64,000 bases of DNA from assembly GCF_009914755.1 (NCBI RefSeq), contig NC_060926.1. The stretch is one strand, 5' to 3'. The notes under the pieces were generated by a model. It was not told the DNA's origin. It worked only from the letters and a program-made list of their open reading frames with translations, and ran no database searches. This document shows, one piece after another, positions 1 through 14,204 of this stretch (positions are counted from its first letter, which is position 1; the number at the start of each line of letters is the position of its first letter). A program made the translations under genes and the position numbers. This stretch comes from the human T2T-CHM13v2.0 reference genome, Homo sapiens.

Positions 1-360
1 GCAAAGCCAAATAAAGTCCTTTCTCCTCTTGCCTGATCCTCCTGACAAGACCAGACACAGACTCTTTCACTTTCATCCCTATCTAACTTCCAGTTCTTTG
101 CCTCATGAGTGAATAGCTAATATTGGGACTGTTTTCCTCTGAAACTAGCTAGACAGAGATAAGCATTTCCTGCTCAGCTAACTGATTGAGACTTTTTGTG
201 ATTGCAAAACAATCCTAGCTCTGAATCCTTCTACCTGTAACTCCCCACCATAAATATCTAAGGAAAAGTCACTGTGCCTGATACTCTGATCTTTGGATCT
301 GAGATGTTCAATATCATGAATAAAATTAATCTCTTTATTGTCTTGCTTTTGTCTTTAGTA
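1..360 (+). mobile_element. LTR-like remnant (probably ERV1-class), 3' part
   Basis: TATA-like CATAAATA near 250, AATAAA near 319 followed by a T-rich tract, consistent with LTR U3/R/U5 layout. Family not identified. Confidence 0.35.
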
Positions 361-476
361 ATATTAAACTATCTTAATTTATTAACATAGAATAAAAAGA
401 AAGGTAATTGAGATTAGAGATATAGTTAATAATAATCTCAATTCTGCAACTAACTAGATATTATATATCTCTATAT

Positions 477-934
477 ATCATGGGACTTCTCAGCCTCCAT
501 AATCATGTGAGCCAATTGGCTCATGAAATTATGGAGGCTGAGAAGTCCTAAGATTTGTTGTCTGCAAGCTATAGACCAAGGAAAGCTGGTGGTATAATTC
601 AGCTTGAGTCCAAAGGCCTGAGAACAAGAGGAGCTGATGGTGTAACTTTCAGTCCAAGGGCAAGAGAAGATGAGATTAGATGAGATATCCCAGTTCAAGC
701 AGCAAGACAGAGAAAAGGGGTGAATTTCTCCTTCCTTCACCTTTTATTCTATTCAGGCCCTCAACAAATTGGATGATGCCTACCCTCATTGGGAAGACAT
801 CAACCTGCTTTACTGAGTTCACCTATTCAAATGTTAATCTCATCTGGAATACTCTCACAGACACGTCCATAGTAATATTTAATCTGAGCCACCCTGTGGT
901 CCAGTCAAGTAAATACATAAAATTAACCACCACA
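477..934 (-). mobile_element. MLT2 (ERVL) LTR, partial, with an inverted duplication at its left edge
   Basis: Matches recalled MLT2 consensus motifs: 'aattggctca..attatggaggctgagaagtcc', 'ggcctgagaac', 'aatgttaatctcatctgga', and terminal 'ataaaattaaccaccaca'. Confidence 0.85.
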
Positions 935-2571
935 CTAAGCATGTGGCCTTGAGCAGACAGCAAAATTAATGATTGACATTTTTAAAAACTCTCGACAGTG
1001 ACAGATTGTATGTTCAAGGCCTGAAATAACTGCATAAAACATTTTACTGGAAGAAGTTTACTATACTTCTATATTAAATGCATTTTTATTTTGTATTTTT
1101 TGTGTGCCTGTTTTGCTAGGTGTTCATAAATAATACCAGTAGAACTTTTTCAGAGAACTGGTAAAGATAAATTACTTGATTTTGTTATCCAGGAAAGGAG
1201 ACAGTGGCTACTGTTTCTTAATTTTATCTTTAGGATATGGATGTCCTTAATAACTGTTGCAGAATGGTTGATAGAATGCACACATAAATACACATAAATA
1301 TAAATTCATTATTTTCAATGATGAGATTATAATGTTATGATTAATATTTTTGAAATTACCAATATTTTAGAGATATATTCCCTTTTATTCTGTTTTTATG
1401 ATTTGTCAAATAAGATATTCCAGAAAATAAAATGTTTGAAATTCATGTGTTTATCACTGAGATTAAACAAATGTTAATATTTTTCTCACATTTACGTCAT
1501 GATTTCAGGATAGAGAATGCTTCAGGCAGACTTTACAGTCTTTTCCCCACTTCCTACCCAACTTCTTTTCCACAATCAACAGAGTTGGAGCTCTCCTACA
1601 CTGAGATGAAACTTTGTGTTTAGTGGTTTTATATTTTCTCAGCTTTTTATATCCTTTCCATTCATGTGTTTATATCTTGGCTACTTATGTTAAGGTTTTT
1701 TTATACTCTCTTTACCCATGCTTATTTGGAAGTTATACATTATAGTTCTATTATTTTAGAAGTTAAAAGGTACATTTTGACCTAACAGCATTCAAAGTTA
1801 ACTAACATCTTTCTTCTGCACAACACAAAGAACGTTAAAAAGTTTGATTCACATTGCCCTCCCCAGTGGTCAATGTGATTAGTGTTAAATATATTCATGT
1901 CAACTTGTATATTTACCTTCCCCATTTTGTAAATATTTTCAGGATGTCAATAGTATGGTGGGGTAGGAGATATCAGCTTTCATTTTTCCTAAAAACAAGA
2001 AGGCAGCGATTAACATCCACAGACACAAATAGTCTAGGGAGGGTTCATGTACACAATTAAGAACCTACAGCAACACAGTGGAGAGAAAATAATAACAACA
2101 CAGAAAAGATTACTGGGGAGATCAGCATACCTGAAACATATTAGCCACACAGCAGCTGCCACCAGGGTCCTCAGTGGCCTGCTCTACAGAGAATCCTGGT
2201 GAGGACCTCAACAGCCACTGAGGCAGCCAAGACTTCCTGCAGCTTTTTCAAAGGAAGTCCCTTTAGTGTTCATCCACACAAACCCCAGCAGTTGCTTCTG
2301 CCGAGAACACTGGCAGCTTTAACCATTAAGTAATCCAACAGAAAAATGCAAGTCAAAACCACAGTGAAGTATCACTTCATACTTGTTAGGATGGCTTTTA
2401 TTAAAAAGTCAAGGTAACAAGTATTAATGAGAATGTTGCACAAAGGGAACCCTTATACTTTGTTGGTGGAAATGTAAATTGACATAGCCATTATGGAAAA
2501 GAGTATGAAGTTTCCTCAAGAAATTATTAATGGAACTACCATATGATTTAGTAATCTCACTTCTGGGTATA

Positions 2572-2774
2572 CAGCAAGTCCTCAATGTCATTGATAGGTT
2601 CTTGGAAACTGACTTTCAGCAAAGAGAAGTATAATGAAACCAATATTTTCTTTTCATCAGCGTGATAATGAAACAATGTTGAACAAAACATTATTCAAGG
2701 AACTGCTGTACCTCAATTTGCTTAAAGTCACTGTTTCCAAGAACCTATCAACAATATTAAGTGAGAACTTACTG
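2572..2774. mobile_element. MER82-like TcMar-Tigger non-autonomous DNA transposon, internally deleted, nested in L1
   Basis: Terminal inverted repeats cagcaagtcctca / tgagaacttactg, inner perfect inverted pair gataggttcttggaaac / gtttccaagaacctatc, TA at the left junction. Confidence 0.8.
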
Positions 2775-2923
2775 AATTCCAAAAGGAAATGAAATCAATA
2801 TGCCAAAGAGATACTGCACTTGCTGTCATGTTCATTACAGCATTATTCACAGTTGCCAAAATATGAAGATGATCTACGAGTCCATCAACGAGGGACTAAA
2901 GAAAATAAAATGTGGCATATATG

Positions 2924-2924
<1 letters not shown>

Positions 2925-2964
<40 letters not shown>
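2925..2964. repeat. (CA)n microsatellite, about 20 units
   Basis: Uninterrupted CA run read directly. Confidence 0.98.
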
Positions 2965-2966
<2 letters not shown>

Positions 2967-3499
2967 ATATTATTGTACTTTAAAAAGAATGAAAGAATGA
3001 AGTCCTGTATTTGTGACATTTGTGAATCTGGAGGACATTATGCTAAGCCAAATAAATCCAACATAGAAAGACAAATACTACATGATTTCACTTATATATG
3101 AAATATTTTTAAAAGTTGAACTTACAGAAATAGAAAGTAGAAGGGTGGTTACCAGGGGTTGGGGCGTGGGGCAAATGGGAGATGTTGGCCAGTGAGTACA
3201 AACTTGCAGTTATAAGGTGAATAAGTTCTGTAATCCTAATGTACATTAAAAATAACGTATGTTTAAAATTTGCTAAGAGAGTTGATCATAAGTATTCTCA
3301 CCATACTCACACATACTTACAAAGGCAGTTGTGAAGTAATGGATAGGTTAATTAGCTTGACTGTAGAAACCATTTTACAATGTATACATGTATCAAAACA
3401 TCACATTGTGCACCTTAATTATATACAGTTTTTATTTGTCAAATGTACCTCAATAAAGCTGAAAGAAGTATTGTTTTAAAGTTAATACTTACTTAGATT

Positions 3500-4560
3500 G
3501 AACAAAAATCACTTTGCTCATATTTTCTTCTTCTGTTTCATACTTTGTTTCTAAGTCCCATCTTCTTATTAAAATATTTCTTGTTGAATTCCTTTCATCC
3601 TGCCTGGCAAACTTGGGCTGTCTGAAAATGACATTTTTCTTTTTCCTTCAAGTTCTTTAAACTGCCTAGGTTGACAGCTGATTTTTCTTCAACACTTTAA
3701 AGATATTATTCCGTATTCCTTTGTCCTCTTGATGTTTAAGAGAAGTATGCCTTCAGTCTCATTATTCCTCCTCTGTAGGAAATCTGAGTCTTTCTGTAAT
3801 TGTTTAGGAGGTGTTATCTTTGGTTTTCATATTCAGAAATTTTGGTATGATGTATCTAGATATTGGTTTTGTTTATTTACCCTGCTCAGGGTAGCGTAGG
3901 AGCTTAGATAGAAGCTTAGGAGCTTCAGATAGCTTAGGAGGCCTGGTGTCTTTTATAAATTCCAGAGACTTCTAGCATTATCTTCTAAACATTCCTTCTT
4001 TCACTTGCTTTCTGTTCTCATCTGATGATGATAATAATATCAAATATATGTTAAATATTTGTTTTAAATTCTATATCTCTCAAACTTACATTCCTACTTC
4101 TCATTTCATTATCAATTTGTAGTGCTTCCTGGTAAACTCTTTAGATTTATTTTCTGAACACTACATTACTAATTGTGTCTAATGCATGGTCTAAACTGTC
4201 CACTGAGGGTTTATGATTAATGATAGTATTTATTTTGGGAGGTTGTTTGTCTCTTTCCAAATGTCTGTTCTTGTTTCATAATGACCTATTACTTTTTGGT
4301 GTTTTCTATTTTTTAATCCATTAAATTATGGAAATATATCATATCATTGATTGTTTAGATTTTCATATTATCTATTCTAGGTGTGCTAATTCTTTTTTTT
4401 GTATTGGTGTCATGTTACACTTTCATAATGGATCATTTATTTGTGTGGTTTGTGTTTTTTATTGTAAATTCAGTTGTTTTTGTTTCCTGTTTAGCCAGAG
4501 TAGTACTTTTCACCCAGAGTTTTGGAAGTATCCCTCCAGAGCAGTTTTGCTTTGGTTTCT
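3500..4560 (-). mobile_element. Ancient L1M/HAL1-type LINE fragment
   Basis: T-rich degenerate sequence containing 'cactttaaagatattattcc...gagaagtatgccttcagtct', resembling antisense old L1 ORF1. Confidence 0.55.
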
Positions 4561-5964
4561 GCTTAGGTTAAGGCATCTTACTCATCTTTAGGCCAGTTTT
4601 TAACATTAACATCCTGTCATGGGATTTATGGCATTCCCATGGTATAATTTCCAAGCCTGAGCTCATGCTTGACTAGGCTTAGAATTTCGATTTCTCATGA
4701 GAAATACCCCACTGTCCTTCTCTACCCAACTTCTGAGCTAAGGCAGTTTTCTTACTACTTTTTTGGCTAAGGATGAACTTTTTCTAACACCATTTATATA
4801 AAAGAAACATGCCTTTGAGAGTCCAGACTTAAGGTAAGATCTTAGTTCTCATGCCTGCCCTAAGTGTTAATAAGACCACGTCTCCCCTGTACCATCTGTG
4901 TGGGTGTGAGAGCATCGTCCCTTCATGCCCAAGGTCTACCTGGCATCAGAAAACCCAAGGACAGGGTATCGTTCACCTTGTGCTTGCTATATTGGCTTTG
5001 AACTCTAGTGGGTTTTTTGTGTCTAGTGAGTTTACTTTTTAACTTTGAAATTCATTATAAACTTATTTTCTTTGTGTATTATACTTTACTTAGCATGTGA
5101 ACTACTGCTATTTGAATTAGAAGATAATTAATGTCAGCTCAGTCTACCGTCTTGCTAAAAGTTGAAAATCTATTAGCATCATTTATGATCAATAAGCATT
5201 CACCTGCAACACGAATTTAATGATTAAATACTACTCCTGAAATATATCACTAATTCTTAAAACGAAGGCTACACACACTTACCTATGTTTACTAAATTTT
5301 TTTTTGCTAAAAATGCCAATATAGATATAGGTAAATTGGAATCTGAGTCTTGACTGAAACAAAGGGAATGCCATGTGGTTATGGTTTGCATTTTAGCATG
5401 CCTTCCCGTGTAGTTCTTAAACATGCTCGTTTCAGAACCACAGATTAAGTGTGCCATACTTGTTTAAACACTGTTTTTATTGTTGAACTTTCAAACTATA
5501 TATTTTTTAATCTTTATAACATTTGCAATGCAGAACATCCTTATTTGTAAATATTCTTACCATAATTTCTTTGAAACACATCATAAAAAAGAAACTGAAA
5601 GAATATGCCTAGTTTAAATTATTTTAACATATATTTTAACTCCAATTATATTATCAGTTTATAATCTATAGCAAGACTAAGGAAATCCCTGTTTTCACAA
5701 GCATTCTGAATTAGTATTACTTTGTTCTTATATTTTATTTAAAACATGACATTTTATTTTTTTAAATTGTCACGGTTTCTCTCATAATTGGAATCGAATA
5801 GCTTTTCTCTAATTTTTGACACATTTTATTTATTATATAATAAAGTTTAAATTTATGTCTTTTACCCTTTTTGGCAATAGAATATTCATTTTTAATGAAC
5901 TTTTTGTGTGATCTGTCATCAAAAACGTTGTGAGCCATTTGTTTGTCATATGTGTGAAGCTGGC

Positions 5965-6535
5965 TCATTGTACACTGGTTGCTAATCCTAGGGGTGGACT
6001 CCCACTGCATGGAGAATAGCAAAGGACATCACTATGCCAACCACAAGGAATGGGAGTCTAAATACTCAGCCCACTGCATTTTAGGTTACAGTTTCTATCA
6101 TTTGCACAAGTCCAATGTGACAGAACACTCGCATATAACAAGTTAAGTTAAGCAACCTGACTACTTACAAATAGGCAGAGAGGGACAGTAGAAGTCTGTG
6201 ATTCACAGCAAGTTGTTTGCCCAAGGCTCAAGAAAGTTGCACAGGGCAAATAGAATCTTGTTTGCACATGCCCTCATTGTACTGCCACTGAGGAGCTCCA
6301 GAAAGCAGTCCATCCTGGGTTTTATACCCCAGGGGCACTATAACATTCTGGGCTAAAGTGCTATAGAATATCCTGTTCTAAGAGGGGCAGGAAAAGAGCC
6401 AAGGCAGATCTGGTCACTTCCTCCTTGTCTCGGAATGTTACATTCCCAAAGTATTCTGCAGTTGTTCTTGAGAATTACAACTGAGAAAAGGGTAGGAATT
6501 GGGCCAGTCCAAGGCCACCTGGAGAATTATTCTGT
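5965..6535 (-). mobile_element. ERVL-type solo LTR (MER54/MER73/MER74 group)
   Basis: GC-richer block with 'ctgggttttatacccc' (TATA on the minus strand) and 'gttcttgagaattaca'; abrupt boundaries in AT-rich L1 context. Confidence 0.5.
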
Positions 6536-6539
6536 AATA

Positions 6540-8760
<2,221 letters not shown>

Positions 8761-10984
8761 TAACTGGAATTTAAAAGGGGATCAATGCTCTCTTGATTGG
8801 GATTGTTTTCCATTAAATTACTAATCCAAAATAGAATTTGATGGAATCCACTGATATGGCTGTTCTTAAATTCTCATTAAAATATGCCTGAAGTAACAGG
8901 AAGAGGCAAAAACTCATAGCAACATGGGAACAAAGACCGACAGCCTGATGCCAGAATCTGGGAGGAATTGTCACTAATTATAAGGTAGATGGAACAGTAA
9001 TGAGGAATACCTTTAAAGGCTTGGCATATGATATTCTCCGACTTTGAGTCAAGAAATAGACACCTTCTGAAAAGATGTAGGAGGCTTGATGGAATTGACA
9101 ATATAAATATTAAAACTTCTATAGAGGTTTTATGCCTCGCTTTCTATCCATTCCTGCCTCAAATATCCCGAGCCTGTACCAGTCAGAACTCTAGGCATTC
9201 ATTCACCCATCTTCGCCTCAGGCAGTTAGGAAGCTGTGCCTTCCCCTCTAGCTCTCATTTTCTTTATGCTTCACCCCCTGCTCAAATTTCTTCTAGTTAA
9301 AGGTTTACAGTAGTGGAAAAGAACTTGCCCTGTGTGTATGTGGGTGCCTGTGTAGGTACGTGTCTGATCGTGTGTGTGTTTGGGGGTTGTAAAAATGCCT
9401 AGCAATGGTACCTTTTTGGGAGACACCATCCACAAGTAAAGTTTCATTGATATGGGTGGTAAAACCAAAAAATAAAAAATAGAAAAAGCCATCCTTTTCT
9501 AGGCCATAATAAGAAAGGAACTTTCTCTATGCAAGTGCTTTTTAAAAACTGCTCTCTCTGTAATGGAGTTTTGAGAATAATAAAATTAAGAGCTCTAATC
9601 TGTCATTTAAAAATAGAATAATTCAATCCACTGAGGTCTAAAAACTAAGCCTTTTAAAAACAGACTATGTTGATAAACTAGAAAAATCGGTAATTGGACA
9701 CTTTCATACTGGATTATCTATGATATTATTGCATTTAGAAACATAACATATTTTTCATTCCTAAATGCAATGCAGGAAGTTAGCAAAAAAGTTAGAGCAA
9801 ATAGTCTATCTTTTCCAAATAAATTCAAGCACTAATAACAGTCACCATAGTCAATTTTTTTATTTTTAATATTGTCTTCTTAAAATGCATGTAGTCAAAT
9901 GCTTATTTACAAAGAGTGGGAAGTATTGTTATACTTGATTTTACAGGAACAAGACATTAACAAGGGTGAAAAACAAAAGGTTTTTCAGTGGAAAGATACT
10001 TTTAAAATATGCTGTCTCTCTATCCTATCCTCACTCAAAAAGGCACAAACATAAACATCAGTTTGGGGAGTTTGGGGTGTAAAGGCATTCCAAGAGTTTC
10101 ACAGTGGCCAGGACTTGATGATAGTGTCACAGGCACATGAGTTGTTCTTCTATCAGTTGATAAAACATCACTTATAACATCTGAAGGCATCTGATTTTTT
10201 CTGAAAGAGAAGACAAAAGAAATGTAGGCATGCCAGTCTATCTAGTGCCAGCACAGAGCTATGCAATGGCTGTAGTGAACACCGCCCTAGTGGCTGGAAA
10301 GCTGGTTCAACAAGCTTTGTTTAGCTTTGTTGTTAGCGAAGACCCATAGACTTGTTTTTGCAGTAGAAAATATACACTTTCTGAAGTCTTCTCAGTGGAG
10401 CTCCAGAAAACTGATGCACTAGAGCATGAGGATTTGAAGCAATCTTTGTCACATCACTTTCTTGAAACTTCATGTCTTTTATTGATATCAGTCACACATT
10501 AGAGCATTCTCTGTATCTAGCTCTTTTTTCTTGAAAAAAAAAAAGGATGAAAAAAATCCCACATAAACACCTTCCCCAGGTAAATATTTTCTTAGAGATG
10601 GGCAGGGATAGGCCACAAAAGATCCCTCAAAGGTTATGGAGGAATACCCATAGGCTTGGCAATAGAGACAACTTCGCAATGGGTGCACTAATAGAGTCAC
10701 ATTCCTGATGTCCTTGCATTCCAGCTTAATGTTGGCTCAATTAATTATGACTTATCCCAGGCTTAGCAAAATCCCCTCACTGGTGCTTGAGATAGGACTG
10801 GATCACAAGAATTTGGTAGTCTCACTGGTTGATTTCCAGATGTAGCTCTCCAGTAAGAGCTTTGAAAATGTAAGCATTTTGCCAGCTTTTTCTAGAGAAG
10901 AAGGGTTACAATTCTGGAAGACAGCTTGCAAACAAGTAAGATTCCCAGCCTTACCAGAGTTAGGAAGCCACAGAGCAATAACCA

Positions 10985-11632
10985 TGAGCCGAAAGCTTTA
11001 TTGAGCCCTTGGTTTCAGCCTCTCCCAGGTATATCCTGCTAGCAATCTCTGTGGATAAGAAGTTCAGAGGAAGCCAAGGGCTGCTCAGACTCTGTGCCAC
11101 TTATTGGGATATTTTCTCTCCGCTCCCAACCCAGTCTTTTCTACTCTCCTTTATGATGTGACAACTATATTGCCACTTTTCCACCAGTTCTCTATTAGGA
11201 TCTGCCAATAAGAGGCACTGAAGGGAGACTTCAAAGCCCAAAGAAGGACTTGTGCTCTCCTATCTGATTCCTGTTTCTTTGAGTATCATTTAGCAATGCT
11301 TCTTCACCCCTGCAGCAGCAGCTCATTTCTGTAATAGCAGTTGATTCCACTTTGCAATTTCTCCATCAGTTTATAGAACCAGCCTCACTGTGTCCACTTC
11401 AGAGACACAATCATCTACAAGAAACACTTATCTTTCAGAGATCTGAGTCCCAGCCCCACAGGACCTCAGCTTCAAGGTTCCAAGTTTTAATAATTCCCAC
11501 TTCTTCCTGTTGTTCTCCCTAGGGAGAGCAATTTTTCCCTATGGGTGGAAGTTGATTCCTATAGTTACCTATTAAACTCTCTTTGTTAAATAACTAAGTG
11601 GCTTTTGTCTCTTGACTGGGCTCTGACTGATA
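10985..11632 (+). mobile_element. LTR33-like ERVL LTR
   Basis: 'ctgccaataagaggcactgaagggaga' and terminal 'gtggcttttgtctcttgactgggctctgactgata' resemble LTR33. Confidence 0.55.
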
Positions 11633-14204
11633 TGGACCCATAGCATAGCACTCCAGAAGCTCAAGTTTCCCCACTTTGAAGGAGGCATAAAGCAGAATGT
11701 GGTGTGTGGCCATCTTTTCATGGGATAGGCTCACTGGGAAAGATCCTTGGAACATAGAGAATTGTGTGAACATGTTGAGCAGGGTGGGGTGGGGTAGAGG
11801 GAAGCATTGAAGGGTGGGAGAGTTGTGCTGAACCGTAATGGGAGTGGCTCTTGATGAAGCCCCCAACTCCTTCAGGCTGCCTCCACCCCAGGCCACACAT
11901 TTTGGATGCAAATGACCACTCTACTGATAGCTGGATCTGTCCAAGCTCATTCAGGGGGGCAGCAGCATATCCACAGGTGAGGTGGGAGGTGGGCAGGGGC
12001 TCCTGAGATTTAGATCTGATCTCTCCCTGATCTGGTTCTAGTTTTTAACACTATCAATGAGAAGACCCAACTGGGGAGACGGAAGTCAGAAAAATGTGTT
12101 CAGCCTGGGGATGGAAAGTATGCCCCAGGCTACAGAAGGGGTACCCTGACTTCCACTCAGGGCTGGCCAGATGGGGCTCAGAGGCCTGGACATGGTGCCC
12201 CCTAAGGCTGGACACATCTTCACTGAGGCAGTAGGAGAGGCTAGCTAGGTTGGCTTTAGCTGCTACCCAGACAGCTCTACTGTTCTCATCTGTGTGGCCC
12301 CACATTGCACCCCAAAACATTTTAATTTGTTACTAATTCACCTGAGGTTGATTTTGATTAAGAGAATATTTAATATTGAAAAGAATGTATACTATATTAG
12401 ATGTTACATGTAATGGACTTACCTTAGGATATAGGTTCCTGAGAAGAGGACAATGCCTAAAATAGTGTCTAGGAGTTCTATGAAATGGCTGTGGGATAAG
12501 TTATCCTTGAACATATTCAATTTCAGGAATCTTATGTTATAGCTTCTTCAACTGCTTAAAAATGTTTATCTTTAGTATTGATACAGACAGTGAAAAATAA
12601 AAATCTTATACCACAATCCAGAGATAATTTTAATACACATATGTGTGTATATATACACAAACATATATATATATAAATGTATCTGAAATGTATATTTAGT
12701 AATATGTTTAACATAAAGGGGCTAGCATCTGTTATTTTGTAACTTGATTTTCACTTAATATCTAATTATTTTCATTCTTTGATGTTATTATGTTATAATA
12801 ATAATTTTCATGGTTATTTAGTGTTCCATAGTATTTAGATATGATGCCTTGTTAATTCCTTGGATATCTAGGATGTTTTATATATTTTTAATATCATAAA
12901 AAATTATTGAATGACTATTCTTAAAACTAAATCTTTGTAAACCTTTATGCATATTACTTCAGAATAAATTCTCAGAAAGGAAATTTCTAGGTAAAAAAGC
13001 GTGAGTTTTTTTAAGGTTATCGATTTGCTTTAGAAATTGTTCCATGTGATTTCTGCATTACCTCACTCTCTTGTGACCAGTATATGAGAGTGTTTCTCTG
13101 CCTCTTAAGTATTAGGTCTTAGAATTTAAAAACACCATTGCCAATTTGAGAGGTGAAAGACCCTTTGCTTATTTTGTTTACATTTAAAAATTTAAAAGTC
13201 TTTAGTATTTTTCATCTCTGATATCACTTCTTTATTTCCTATGGCTCTACCAAGATAAATCCTATTGATTATTTCATTCTGTTGTCCCTTGAGACTTTAA
13301 TTTTACTTTATTTTATTGCTGGCTTATCTTCAACATACAAAATCTATATTCTTGATCTTTTGCAATCTCATTAATCATACTTACATTTAAAAATAATTTT
13401 GGATTGTGAATGTAAAAAAGATATATATAATACATATAGTATGCACATGAATAATAATAAATAAGTTTACAATAAGCAAGTGAAGTGAGCCAAATGAAAA
13501 TAATAGTAGGAAAAAAGATGAAACTAGGAATAAGATCAGTATCAAAACATAGGCTGAATTCACATGTCCTAGAAATGGGTAAATAATTTGAGTTTTTATA
13601 TTCTGGTAGGCATCATGAAGACAAAACTATCATAAATTACTACATTTATAAGGCTCATAAACAAAGGACTTATTCAAGAGCTGCACAAATATTACTAAAA
13701 TGAGAGATCAACATCCTTCTCCCCAACACACAAATACATACAAATACACACTTGGGCTCCCATGAAGAAAACAATATATAATCAGTGTTTCTTTTTCAAA
13801 TACATTCTACAAGTGGTACAGGAGGTTTCATAGATTTCATTTATTAACCTCACATTAAAGATCACAAGCAGTGCCAGATTCCAAGCCTGGGCTGCCAGCT
13901 GCTTGGCTTTGGTGGGCCAATCCTTTCTAGGCTGCTAGCATTGCTCCAAAAGTGTTTCATGGTCAAACTATTTATGTGATATAAGCAACAATTGAACTAA
14001 CTTAGCCACATTGTTTCTGGGATGTTCTAGCTTCTGCCAGTGACAAATTTTACAGAAATGTACATGGAGGACACCAACTGTGGAAATCACTTGTGGATTA
14101 AGCATTGATTAAAATCTCAATTAGGAGCCCAAGACCTTCTCATTCAATGTTTATGTCCTTATGTCTTTTAAATGTTGACCTTTTAGAAAATCATTTTTGA
14201 AAAA

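Larger units (their letters stand above)
2340..3468 (+). mobile_element. L1 (L1MA/MB-type) 3' fragment: end of ORF2 plus 3' UTR
   Basis: Motifs 'aaatgcaagtcaaaaccacagtgaag', 'tgttggtggaaatgtaaatt', 'atgttcattacagcattattcac', 'ggaggacattatgctaag' and AATAAA at 3452-3457. Confidence 0.9.

Noticed and set aside
3897-3942. Degenerate tandem duplication (ggagcttagatag..agcttagg)
   Set aside because: Ordinary slippage within an old LINE.
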